Positions 40,233-48,629 of a DNA stretch of 64,000 nt are shown piece after piece. The stretch comes from Candidatus Ozemobacteraceae bacterium (GTDB lineage Bacteria > Muiribacteriota > Ozemobacteria > Ozemobacterales > Ozemobacteraceae): contig OZ223236.1 of NCBI GenBank assembly GCA_965140445.1, positions 3,232,001-3,296,000 on the forward strand, read 5' to 3'. Within the stretch, counting starts at the first letter, position 1, and each line of letters opens with the position of its first letter. The position numbers and the translations under genes are program-made. The notes beneath the pieces are model-generated. The model searched no databases. It was not told where the DNA came from and saw only the letters and a program-made list of their open reading frames with translations.

Positions 40233-41324
40233 CTAGCTCCTTTTCCTTGTGTAAAACGGGGTCTCTATAACAGTCGCGGCGTAATTTTTTCCACGAATTT
40301 CTACATCAAATTTTGTTCCAATTTCTTTGAGGGTTTGTGGCACATAACCAAGGCCAATGTTCTTCTTGAGGGTAGGGGACATAGTTCCGGAGGTAACTTC
40401 GCCCACTTTCTTTCCATCTTTAACAATTGGATAACCGTGTCTTGGAGCTGGACCTTTGCCCATTTCAAAGCCTACCAGAGTCTTTTTGGTGCCATTTTCT
40501 TTCTGATCTTTCAATATCTTTGAGCCATTGAAAGCGCCTTTACCAAATTTAACAGTCCAATTAAGATTTGCTTCAATTGGAGTTGTTTCGTCATGAATGT
40601 CGTTGCCATAAAGAGCTAATCTTGCTTCAAGGCGCAAAGTATCGCGGGCTCCAAGACCAATGGCCTGAATTCCAACATCTTTTCCGGCTTCCATGAGTGC
40701 GTTCCAGAGTTTTTCAGAATGTTTTGGGTCATAATAAAGTTCAAAACCTTCTTCACCAGTATAACCAGTGCGGCTGATAATGCAATCTACATCAGCAACT
40801 TTACCAACTGTAAACCAATAAAATTTAATTGGTTTAAGTCTTTGACGGGTTAGCTTTTGTAAAACTTCATCGGCTTTTGGGCCCTGAATAGCAATCAAAC
40901 CAGTGGTTTCGCTATCATTCGTAAAGTTTACATCGCCTTCTAGCTGGCTTTTTATCCAATTGAAATCTTTTTCGATATTTGAGGCGTTTACAACCAGGAA
41001 AAACTTTTCAGGGTTCCAGCGGTAAACGAGTAAATCATCAATGATGGTTCCATCTTCGCGACACATTGGGGTATAAGCGATCTGACGATCAGAAAGAGCC
41101 TCGATATCCTGGGTTACAATCTTCTGGAGGTTTTTCATGGCATCCGGGCCAGTCAGCCAAAATTCACCCATGTGAAACAAATCAAACAAACCAGCTTTTT
41201 CGCGCACGCAATTATGTTCTTCAATGATTGAAGAATATTGAACCGGCATATACCAGCCCGAAAAATCAATCATTCGAGCGCCTAATTTTTCATGAACTGC
41301 ACAAAGTGGGGTCTTATTCATCAT
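40233..41324 (-). CDS. gcvT: Aminomethyltransferase (glycine cleavage T protein)
   Basis: [39 protein letters not shown]. Confidence 0.97.
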   Translation of the reverse strand: MMNKTPLCAVHEKLGARMIDFSGWYMPVQYSSIIEEHNCVREKAGLFDLFHMGEFWLTGPDAMKNLQKIVTQDIEALSDRQIAYTPMCREDGTIIDDLLVYRWNPEKFFLVVNASNIEKDFNWIKSQLEGDVNFTNDSETTGLIAIQGPKADEVLQKLTRQRLKPIKFYWFTVGKVADVDCIISRTGYTGEEGFELYYDPKHSEKLWNALMEAGKDVGIQAIGLGARDTLRLEARLALYGNDIHDETTPIEANLNWTVKFGKGAFNGSKILKDQKENGTKKTLVGFEMGKGPAPRHGYPIVKDGKKVGEVTSGTMSPTLKKNIGLGYVPQTLKEIGTKFDVEIRGKNYAATVIETPFYTRKRS

Positions 41325-41340
41325 TATCTCCTTGTATTCC

Positions 41341-43014
41341 CTAAAAGAGGCCTATAATTTCGCCATCTTCATTAACATCAATTCTTTCTGCCGACGGGAC
41401 TTTTGGAAGTCCTGGCATAGTCATAATTTCTCCGGCAATTGCCACTACAAAACCTGCTCCTGCACTTAGTTTTGCATCTTTCACCGTAACTTTAAAGCCC
41501 TGAGGACGACCCAGCAGGTTACTGGTATCAGACAAAGAGCTTTGGGTTTTAGCTATGCAAACCGGAACGTTTTTATAGCCAAGTCGCTCAAAGTGATCCA
41601 GACTTTCATTTGCTTTTTTCAGGAAAATTACATCGCTAGCTCCATACATACAGCGAGCAATGCAGTTAATCTTTTCTTTCAAAGACAATTCAAGTGGATA
41701 CAGATAATCAAACTTTTTGCAATCGAGCTTGATAAGATCATTTACTGCATGCGCCAATTCTTGTCCACCGGCAGGGCCGTTAGCGTAGATGTCAGAAATA
41801 ACGGCGTTTGCGCCAGCCTTTCTGGTTTCTTCAACAACCCAGTTTAGTTCGGCATCGGTATCTGTGTGGAATTTGTTAACAGCAACAACGCAAGGAACAC
41901 CAAAAATTTTGATATTCTCAATATGCTTCTGCAGGTTTACATAACCGCGTTTGACCGCTTCCAGATCAGGGGCATCAAGATTGGTTTTGGGAACTCCACC
42001 ATGCATTTTCAGAGCTCTGATAGTAGCAACAATTACTGCTGCCGCTGGTTTCAGGTCACCCAAGCGGCATTTGATATCGAAGAATTTTTCAGCTCCAAGA
42101 TCAGTTGCGAACCCAGCTTCGGTAACAACTACATCAGCCAGTTTCAATCCTAATTTGGTAGCAATAAGACTGTTGCAGCCATGCGCAATATTCGCAAACG
42201 GGCCACCGTGAAGGAGAACCGGAGTTGAATATTTGGTCTGAACCAGATTAGGCTTGATTGCATCCTTAAGAATAGCAGCCATTGCGCCTTGAGCATTAAG
42301 ATCTTTGGCATGAATTGGCACGCCATCAGTGCTGAAACTGATAAAGATGTTGCCCAGGCGTTCTTTAAGATCCATGAGATCTTTTGCCAGACAAAGAATG
42401 GCCATTACTTCAGAAGAAGCGGTAATATCAAAGCCTGTTTCTCTCGGAATACCATTTGTAGGTCCACCAAGACCAACAACGATATTTCTCAGGCTTCTTT
42501 CATTCATATCAGCGACACGTTTAAAAGGAGATCGTTTTGGATCAAGTTTTAATGCGTTTCCCTGATGAATGTGATTTGCTATAAGTGCAGTCAGAAGATT
42601 GTGCGCGGAAGTAATCGCGTGCATGTCGCCGGTAAAATGAAGGTTAATATCATTCATTGGCACCAGTTCGGATTTCCCGCCACCTGTGGCTCCGCCTTTT
42701 ACGCCAAACACTGGGCCCATAGAAGGTTCTCTTAAACAAAGAGCTACTTTGGTGCCAATGCTTCTGAGTGAATCGGCCAAGCCAATGGAAGTAGTGGTTT
42801 TACCTTCTCCAGCGGGAGTAGGGGTCATGGCTGTTACCAATACCAATTTTCCATCTTTTTCTGATTCGAGGCGTTTTATGGCAGAATATGAAATCTTGGC
42901 TTTCAGATTTCCATAGGGTTCAATTTCTGATTCCTTTAAACCCAGTTCCTGACCAATAACCTCTAGTGGTCGGATTTCCTCTTTAAGCAAAGATCCAATT
43001 TTTTCTTCTGACAT
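41341..43014 (-). CDS. fhs: Formate--tetrahydrofolate ligase
   Basis: TPTPAGEGKTT, GVKGGATGGG, INLHFTGD, HGGPFANIAHGCNS, TEAGF, MTMPGLPK. Confidence 0.98.
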   Translation of the reverse strand: MSEEKIGSLLKEEIRPLEVIGQELGLKESEIEPYGNLKAKISYSAIKRLESEKDGKLVLVTAMTPTPAGEGKTTTSIGLADSLRSIGTKVALCLREPSMGPVFGVKGGATGGGKSELVPMNDINLHFTGDMHAITSAHNLLTALIANHIHQGNALKLDPKRSPFKRVADMNERSLRNIVVGLGGPTNGIPRETGFDITASSEVMAILCLAKDLMDLKERLGNIFISFSTDGVPIHAKDLNAQGAMAAILKDAIKPNLVQTKYSTPVLLHGGPFANIAHGCNSLIATKLGLKLADVVVTEAGFATDLGAEKFFDIKCRLGDLKPAAAVIVATIRALKMHGGVPKTNLDAPDLEAVKRGYVNLQKHIENIKIFGVPCVVAVNKFHTDTDAELNWVVEETRKAGANAVISDIYANGPAGGQELAHAVNDLIKLDCKKFDYLYPLELSLKEKINCIARCMYGASDVIFLKKANESLDHFERLGYKNVPVCIAKTQSSLSDTSNLLGRPQGFKVTVKDAKLSAGAGFVVAIAGEIMTMPGLPKVPSAERIDVNEDGEIIGLF

Positions 43015-43017
43015 TTT

Positions 43018-44184
43018 TTATGCATTCTCCCTTTCAAATTTGAGGAGGGCTTCAATGGTAGCTTTGGTAGCTTTACCGATTTCCTTGATAACACCTTTTT
43101 TAGCAAGTGCCATTTCAAGGAGGCCGATGGTTCCGATGAGATCTTTCTCACCAATTGCGCCAATGGTAGTTATTCTCAATAAAGTTCCGGCAAAACGGCC
43201 ATGCCCTCCGGCGATTAATACAGAATAATTCTGGCGAATATCAGCAACGATTTCAGAGGGGACAATTCCTTCTGGCGCGTAAAATACGGTCAGAACGTTT
43301 GAAGTTGCGCTTTCCTCTGTAAAAAGTTTAAGTCCAAGTTCGGCGATACCAGCTCTAAGAGCGGTTGCCAACTTATTATAATGCTTATGGAGATTATCTA
43401 TTCCAAGCCTGTCAATTTTGCGTAAAGCTGCAAGAAATGAAGCCATTACAGAAATGGCTGGAGTCCATGGATAAGCTGGAATGGCTAATTCCTGGTTGGA
43501 CTTATAAAGTTTCAAATCAAAATAAACGCCGTGGCATTTAACGGTTTCGATTTTTTTCATGGCTTTATCAGAGATTCCGATTATTCCAACACCAGGAGGA
43601 GCGAGAAAGCCTTTTTGAGAAGCTGATACCGCTGCGTCTACATGCCATCCGTCCATTTTGAAAGGCAAAGCACCGATTCCAGATACGCCGTCAACTATGA
43701 AAAGCTTGTTTCTTTCGTGAAGAAGCTTCCCGATAGGAGCAACATCATTGTAAATGCCTGTAGAAGTTTCGTTAAAGGTAACGGTAACCCCTGAAATTTC
43801 AGGGTGTTTATCAAGCATTTCTTCGATTTGAGCAACTTTAACACTTTTGCCGTCTTCACATTTGAGTGGAATAACATTCAGGCCGTAAGCTCTGCCCATC
43901 TGGGAGAATCTTTCACCAAAAACGCCAGTCTCAACGGTTAAAATGGTTTCGCCTTCATTGAAAAGGTTGGCAATGGCGACTTCCATGCAGCCTGTTCCAG
44001 AAGAGGTAACCAGATAAAGGTTTTGCTTTGTATTAAAAAACTTTTTGCAAAGCTCAACACATTCTTCATAAATAGGAGAAAAATCAGTTGTGCGGTGATG
44101 TTTGAGTGGCATAGCGCCAGCAAGCATAACTTCAGAATCCAGACAAACAGGACCGGGTGTCATCAACAGAGTATCAAAGTCCAC
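43018..44184 (-). CDS. Class V PLP aminotransferase (serine-glyoxylate/pyruvate type)
   Basis: LMTPGP, HHRT..F, SSGTG.ME, NETSTG, VDGVS.IG, ASQKGF.APPG. Confidence 0.92.
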   Translation of the reverse strand: MDFDTLLMTPGPVCLDSEVMLAGAMPLKHHRTTDFSPIYEECVELCKKFFNTKQNLYLVTSSGTGCMEVAIANLFNEGETILTVETGVFGERFSQMGRAYGLNVIPLKCEDGKSVKVAQIEEMLDKHPEISGVTVTFNETSTGIYNDVAPIGKLLHERNKLFIVDGVSGIGALPFKMDGWHVDAAVSASQKGFLAPPGVGIIGISDKAMKKIETVKCHGVYFDLKLYKSNQELAIPAYPWTPAISVMASFLAALRKIDRLGIDNLHKHYNKLATALRAGIAELGLKLFTEESATSNVLTVFYAPEGIVPSEIVADIRQNYSVLIAGGHGRFAGTLLRITTIGAIGEKDLIGTIGLLEMALAKKGVIKEIGKATKATIEALLKFERENA

Positions 44185-44226
44185 TTTAATGAGTCTCCAT
44201 TCATTCCTTAGATGTATTTTTTATTT

Positions 44227-45093
44227 TTAAAAGAATTTCTTTCTTGCTTTTAGAGTGTTTTGAAGCAGCATAGCTATGGTCATTGGTCCAAGTCCACCAG
44301 GAACCGGAGTGATCATGGATGCGCGTTTTTCAGCCTTGTCAAATTCAACGTCACCAACCAGTCGGTAACCTCTTGGATTTGTATCATCATCAACGGTGTT
44401 AGTGCCTACGTCCAATATCACAGTTCCTTCAGTAAACCATTCGCCTTTAATCAGTTCAGGCTTTCCGATGGCAGCGATAACTATGTCAGCAGCGGCGACT
44501 TCCTTATCCAGATTTTTTGTTCTGGAATGGGCCAGCGTTACTGTTGCGTTTGCCTTGGTCAGCAGAGTCGCCATGGGCTTGCCAACAACGTTACTACGAC
44601 CAATCACGAGGGCCTTTTTCCCTTCAAGAGGGATGTTATGTCGATTAATCATTTCCATGACTCCAAGAGGTGTGCATGGAACAAAGGTGTCAACGTTAAG
44701 GTTGAGGTTTCCGATGTTGAGCGGGTGGAAACCATCCACATCTTTGCGTGGGTCTATTGCATTAATGGCTTCCATTTCGTCCATGTGCTTCGGCAGAGGA
44801 AGCTGAACCAGAATGCCATGAACCTTTGGATTGTTGTTGAGTTCACGAATTACCCCAAGAAGCTCAAGCTGTGTTGTGCTTTCCGGGACTTTAACTTCGA
44901 GAGAATAGATTCCTGCTTTTTCACAGGCTTTCTTTTTGGCCGCAACATAAACTTTTGAAGGACCATCATCGCCAACCAATACCACTGCGAGTCCAGGTGG
45001 GTGTCCACCTTCTTCAACAAGGATTTTCACTTCTTCGGCAATTTCATCTCTAATTTTTAACGACAGAGCTTTTCCATCTAATATCGTAGCCAA
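44227..45093 (-). CDS. folD: Methylenetetrahydrofolate dehydrogenase/cyclohydrolase
   Basis: GILVQLPLP, KDVDGFHP, PCTP.G, GRSNVVGKP, TPVPGG.GPMT. Confidence 0.97.
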   Translation of the reverse strand: MATILDGKALSLKIRDEIAEEVKILVEEGGHPPGLAVVLVGDDGPSKVYVAAKKKACEKAGIYSLEVKVPESTTQLELLGVIRELNNNPKVHGILVQLPLPKHMDEMEAINAIDPRKDVDGFHPLNIGNLNLNVDTFVPCTPLGVMEMINRHNIPLEGKKALVIGRSNVVGKPMATLLTKANATVTLAHSRTKNLDKEVAAADIVIAAIGKPELIKGEWFTEGTVILDVGTNTVDDDTNPRGYRLVGDVEFDKAEKRASMITPVPGGLGPMTIAMLLQNTLKARKKFF

Positions 45094-45125
45094 TTTTATC
45101 TCCTGTTACATTCCTATTTAGGGCG

Positions 45126-45155
45126 AGTATAACGCTAGAAAACTGGTTGTGGCAA
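45126..45155 (-). promoter_or_regulatory. Putative folD promoter
   Basis: Minus strand TTGCCA-18 bp-TATACT; shares TAGCGTTATA with the thrC-like upstream region. Confidence 0.5.
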
Positions 45156-45160
45156 CCTTT

Positions 45161-46390
45161 TTAAAGAAGCTTTTTAACGTGTGATGAAATGGTTTCCAGA
45201 TCAGGTGCTACAGGGGCTGGAAGCTCACAAACCGAAATTGCAGAATCAATATCTTTCAGGCCATTACCGGTTATCAGCACAACAACTTTTTCTTCTTTGC
45301 CAATTTTTCCCTGTTCTGCTAATTTTTTGAATCCGGCATAAGCAGTTACGCCAGCAGGTTCACCAAACACACCAGAAACCCGTGGAAGTTCAACAAGCGC
45401 TTCACGAATCTGATCGTCAGAAACAGAAATACATGAACCATTGCTTTCTTTGAGTGCGCGCATGGCTTTAAGGCGGTTGCGTGGGATTCCAACGGCGATA
45501 GAATCGGCAATAGTATTACCATCCTGAGGAATAAATTTGCCAGTGTTCATTGCTACTTCAACAGGGTTACAACCTTCGGCCTGCACAGCAATGATTTCCG
45601 GGATTTTATCTGTTAAACCAAGCATTTTAAGGTCATAAAAGCCTTTATAGATGCCTGAAGTTATACAACCATCACCAATAGAAACAATTACTTTATCAGG
45701 AACCGTGAAATCATTTTGCTCCCACATTTCGTAGGCAACAGTCTTTTTGCCTTCGACAAGATATGGGTTGTAAGCACAGTTGCGGTTGTAAATTCCAAAT
45801 TTATTGGAAACATCTATCGAAAGTTCGAAAGCGCGATCGTAGGTATCATCTACAATGACAGTTTTCGCGCCATACACAAGAAGTTGAGCAACTTTAGCTT
45901 TTGGAGCTCTTTTTGGAACAAAAATTACGGTTTTGATTCCGGCAGATGCAGCCATCCCAGCAAGAGAACTGGCAGCATTACCAGTAGAAGCGGCACAAAT
46001 TGTATCAATGCCATTTTCAAGGGCTTTAGCTACGCCAACCGCAGAAGCGCGATCTTTTAGAGAGGCAGTAGGGTTCCTTCCATCATCTTTAATGAAAATA
46101 TTGTTAAGTCCAAACTTTTTCTGGATGAGTTCAGGTTTATATAGTGGAGTCCAGCCAGTATGAAGTGGTGGAACCGGGCAATCAGCCTTAACTGGGAGGA
46201 GCTTTTTGTATCTCCAGAGTGAATAGTCTTTATTATTTTTCAGTTCTTCAACAGAAAAGTCAGTTGAATCATAATCATAAATAATGTCGAGAATACCTTC
46301 AATACCGCAAACGTCGCAAACATATCGGTCAAAAGCTTCAGGAAATTCTTTGCCACATTTCAGGCATTTCATTGTCTTAATCTTCATCAT
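45161..46390 (-). CDS. thrC: Threonine synthase-like PLP fold-type II enzyme with N-terminal Zn ribbon
   Basis: CLKC...CDVC; KDDGRNPTASLKDR, ASTGNAASS, EGKKT, IGDG, EPAG, TGNGLKD. Confidence 0.8.
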   Translation of the reverse strand: MMKIKTMKCLKCGKEFPEAFDRYVCDVCGIEGILDIIYDYDSTDFSVEELKNNKDYSLWRYKKLLPVKADCPVPPLHTGWTPLYKPELIQKKFGLNNIFIKDDGRNPTASLKDRASAVGVAKALENGIDTICAASTGNAASSLAGMAASAGIKTVIFVPKRAPKAKVAQLLVYGAKTVIVDDTYDRAFELSIDVSNKFGIYNRNCAYNPYLVEGKKTVAYEMWEQNDFTVPDKVIVSIGDGCITSGIYKGFYDLKMLGLTDKIPEIIAVQAEGCNPVEVAMNTGKFIPQDGNTIADSIAVGIPRNRLKAMRALKESNGSCISVSDDQIREALVELPRVSGVFGEPAGVTAYAGFKKLAEQGKIGKEEKVVVLITGNGLKDIDSAISVCELPAPVAPDLETISSHVKKLL

Positions 46391-46495
46391 TCATCTCCAG
46401 AATTTTTATAATAATTTTCCATGGAGATTATAACGCTACTGACTAAAGAAGTATAGAAATTTAGCCTTTTTCAGGCCGAAATTTTGCAAGTCTTG

Positions 46496-46575
46496 AGTTA
46501 ATGCGCCTGCCAGTTTTTCAGGGCGTCGATGGGGCTGATTAACATAATAATATTTATGACCAGGCTGTCTTTGAT
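46496..46575 (-). repeat. Orphan copy 1 of the DUF2585-like gene 3' end (80 bp)
   Basis: 77/80 identical to 48628-48707; all three differences are synonymous in the gene frame. Confidence 0.95.
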
Positions 46576-46600
46576 TTATAAAAAGAGTATCGCCTAAAAT

Positions 46601-46819
46601 TCAGGCTACTTTGTAAATTGCCGGTCTATATCTAGGCTCGGGGATGGTTTTATTCTGGTCTTTTGCTGTCTGAATCCAAGCCTCTTTAGCTTTTAAAACT
46701 TCAGTTAAAGCCTCTGAAGGTGTAGCACCAAATGCAGAGCAGTGATTTAAATCAGGAATATCTGCTATATAACCCTCATCTTCTTCGCTATAAAAAAGGT
46801 TTATATGGTAATCTTTCAT
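46601..46819 (-). CDS. hicB: HicB family antitoxin (short form)
   Basis: YSEEDEGYIADIPDLNHCSAFGATPSEAL.E...A.EAW.......IPEP; GGAG RBS. Confidence 0.9.
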   Translation of the reverse strand: MKDYHINLFYSEEDEGYIADIPDLNHCSAFGATPSEALTEVLKAKEAWIQTAKDQNKTIPEPRYRPAIYKVA

Positions 46820-46820
46820 T

Positions 46821-46908
46821 TTAATTCTCCATTTGAAGGTTATACTTTTCGATAAGAGCGATAATTTGCTTAACCTGATAAATTAAGCAATTTCTGTTTT
46901 TTTACCAT
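46821..46908 (-). pseudogene. hicA: hicA toxin remnant with internal deletion
   Basis: ATG 46908 gives MVKKQKLLN, joined out of frame to YQVKQIIALIEKYNLQMEN* ending 1 nt before hicB. Both ends resemble HicA termini; the middle with the GSH motif is missing. Confidence 0.75.
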
Positions 46909-46914
46909 TTAACT

Positions 46915-46943
46915 ATTTTATCATTCGCTATGGTAAATTTCAA
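46915..46943 (-). promoter_or_regulatory. Sigma70 promoter of hicAB, leaderless
   Basis: TTGAAA-17 bp-TAAAAT with an extended -10 TG, then 6 nt to ATG 46908. Confidence 0.75.
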
Positions 46944-46947
46944 AATT

Positions 46948-47154
46948 AGTTAATTGGCCTGCCAGTTTTTCAGGGCATTGATGGGCTGATTAACATAATA
47001 ATATTTAATATCAGGCTGTCTTTGATCCACAGAATCAGGAAGATCTCCACCGCTATAAAAAACATAATGGATTTCTTAATACCAAGCTTAGAACTGAGTA
47101 AAAATCCTATTGAACACATACAAACATCGCTGATGGAATTAAGTATGGTGTCCC
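46948..47154 (-). repeat. Orphan copy 2 of the DUF2585-like gene 3' end (207 bp)
   Basis: Aligns to 48628-48835 with 11 synonymous codon changes, 6 mostly conservative changes and one 1-bp deletion. Confidence 0.95.
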
Positions 47155-47415
47155 ACGAATAAGCATATTAAGTTAGCAAGGATGATTTTTAAGAAGGATG
47201 GTCGCATGAAACTTTGAAAATTGAGACTTTGCTATACATGCCCTAAATTTGCGAGGTCTTAAAAAGGTTCTTGCATTCTGTTCAAAAACATGTGGCGTTC
47301 ATAAAAAATGAACTAAGCGAAAAAATGAACAAAATTTTTGGTGTTCGTCAAAAGAATGAATGAAAATCGGTTTTTTCTACAGGTCATAGGTTGCTGAAGG
47401 TGCATAATCAAACTG

Positions 47416-47458
47416 TTGTATACATTTACTATACAATCGTTGAGAAATAGTATACAAT
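47416..47458 (+). promoter_or_regulatory. Putative operator/promoter of the MNT-HEPN pair
   Basis: TTGTATA-N7-TATACAA (47416-47436), second half-site GTATACAA (47450-47457), TACAAT 6 nt before ATG 47465, no SD. Confidence 0.6.
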
Positions 47459-47464
47459 TTAACT

Positions 47465-48049
47465 ATGAATATATTGGCAGAATTATTTTCATCAAGGACC
47501 AGGGCTGAGCTTTTCCGTATTTTTTTCGGGTTGAATTCTGGCGAATTTCATCTAAGAGAGATAGAGCGCCAGAGTAATGTAACCATTGGTGCGGTTAGAA
47601 CTGAAGCCGAGAATCTATCGAAATTGGAACTTCTCGTTAAAAGGGTAGACGGTAATAGAAATTATTATCGAGCGAATACCAACCATCCACTTTATAAAAT
47701 TCTAAGGGAGCTTGTAATAAAAACAGCTGGGGCAGGGGACATTCTGAAAATTGCTTTTGCTGAAAGTGAAGTTGATTATGCTTTCATTTTTGGTTCAACT
47801 GTTAGCGGAATACAAAAATCTGAAAGCGATGTCGATCTTTTTGTCATAGGTGACATTAGCTTGCGGGAAATTAGTAAAATCCTTAAAGTTCCAGTTGCCA
47901 AAATTGGTCGGGAAATAAACCCTCATGTAATGACGCTGGAAGAATTTACGATACGTATGAAAGAAAAAGAGCATTTTGTAACAAGCGTTTTGGCTGCACC
48001 AATACTTATGATCATGGGAAACGAAGATGAACTTAGAAGTTTGGGCTAA
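47465..48049 (+). CDS. Winged-HTH plus minimal nucleotidyltransferase (MNT) antitoxin
   Basis: LFSSRTR...HLREIER...GAVR.E..NL (HTH); FIFGS-x10-DVDLFVIG; GREINP. Confidence 0.88.
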   Translation: MNILAELFSSRTRAELFRIFFGLNSGEFHLREIERQSNVTIGAVRTEAENLSKLELLVKRVDGNRNYYRANTNHPLYKILRELVIKTAGAGDILKIAFAESEVDYAFIFGSTVSGIQKSESDVDLFVIGDISLREISKILKVPVAKIGREINPHVMTLEEFTIRMKEKEHFVTSVLAAPILMIMGNEDELRSLG

Positions 48050-48464
48050 AAACGGCTGGTTGAAGCCGCATAAAACAAGTGAGCAGGAAATTCAGAATCT
48101 GTTAGCTATAGTAGATAGAGATCTGGAAGATGCCAGACAAAGCAACCTTTCTTCTGACTGGAGATTTGGTATCGCTTACAATGCTGCATTGAAGCTTTGC
48201 ACAGTTTTGCTTTATTTCTCAGGATATCGACCAGATAGGTCTTTGGCACACTATCGAACTTTGCAAGCTCTCCCACTGATTCTAGGAGATAGATGGCAAG
48301 ACGATGCAAACTATCTCGATACATGTAGAATCAAAAGAAATACCGTTGAATACGATTATGTCGGCGGTGCCACAGATAAAGATGCTAATGAGTTAATAGA
48401 GTTTGTGGAAGATTTGAAGGCTGAAGTTTTAAAATGGCTTGAGAAAAAAGATTTCAGGTTTTGA
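48027..48464 (+). CDS. HEPN domain protein (putative toxin)
   Basis: RDLEDA, AYNAAL, GYRP....H, R.KRNTVEY (RN-x3-Y variant of the HEPN motif); overlaps the MNT gene end. Confidence 0.8.
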   Translation: MNLEVWAKNGWLKPHKTSEQEIQNLLAIVDRDLEDARQSNLSSDWRFGIAYNAALKLCTVLLYFSGYRPDRSLAHYRTLQALPLILGDRWQDDANYLDTCRIKRNTVEYDYVGGATDKDANELIEFVEDLKAEVLKWLEKKDFRF

Positions 48465-48629
48465 ACCATGCCCCCGCAATATTTTGGGTATAAGAGTGGG
48501 TATCGAAGCAGGCATAATAAATCACTATTCTTTGACAACTGTTATTTTTGAAGAAGTGAGAATCCCTCATCTGGATACCAAATCGTAAAAAGCAAGCCTA
48601 AAGGTCCCGAATAGCATCCCCTTTATAAG

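Noticed and set aside
44260..44958. 232-aa plus-strand ORF
   Set aside because: Entirely antisense to folD with no recognisable motif; a shadow ORF.
35815..46163. Many 60-136 aa ORFs overlapping the gcv/fhs/folD/thrC genes
   Set aside because: Antisense or alternate-frame to highly conserved genes; no RBS or motifs.
45094..46495. Glycine, THF or ZTP riboswitch ahead of the C1 cluster
   Set aside because: The intergenic gaps (67 and about 105 bp) are short, and I see no aptamer consensus; an Rfam scan would be decisive.
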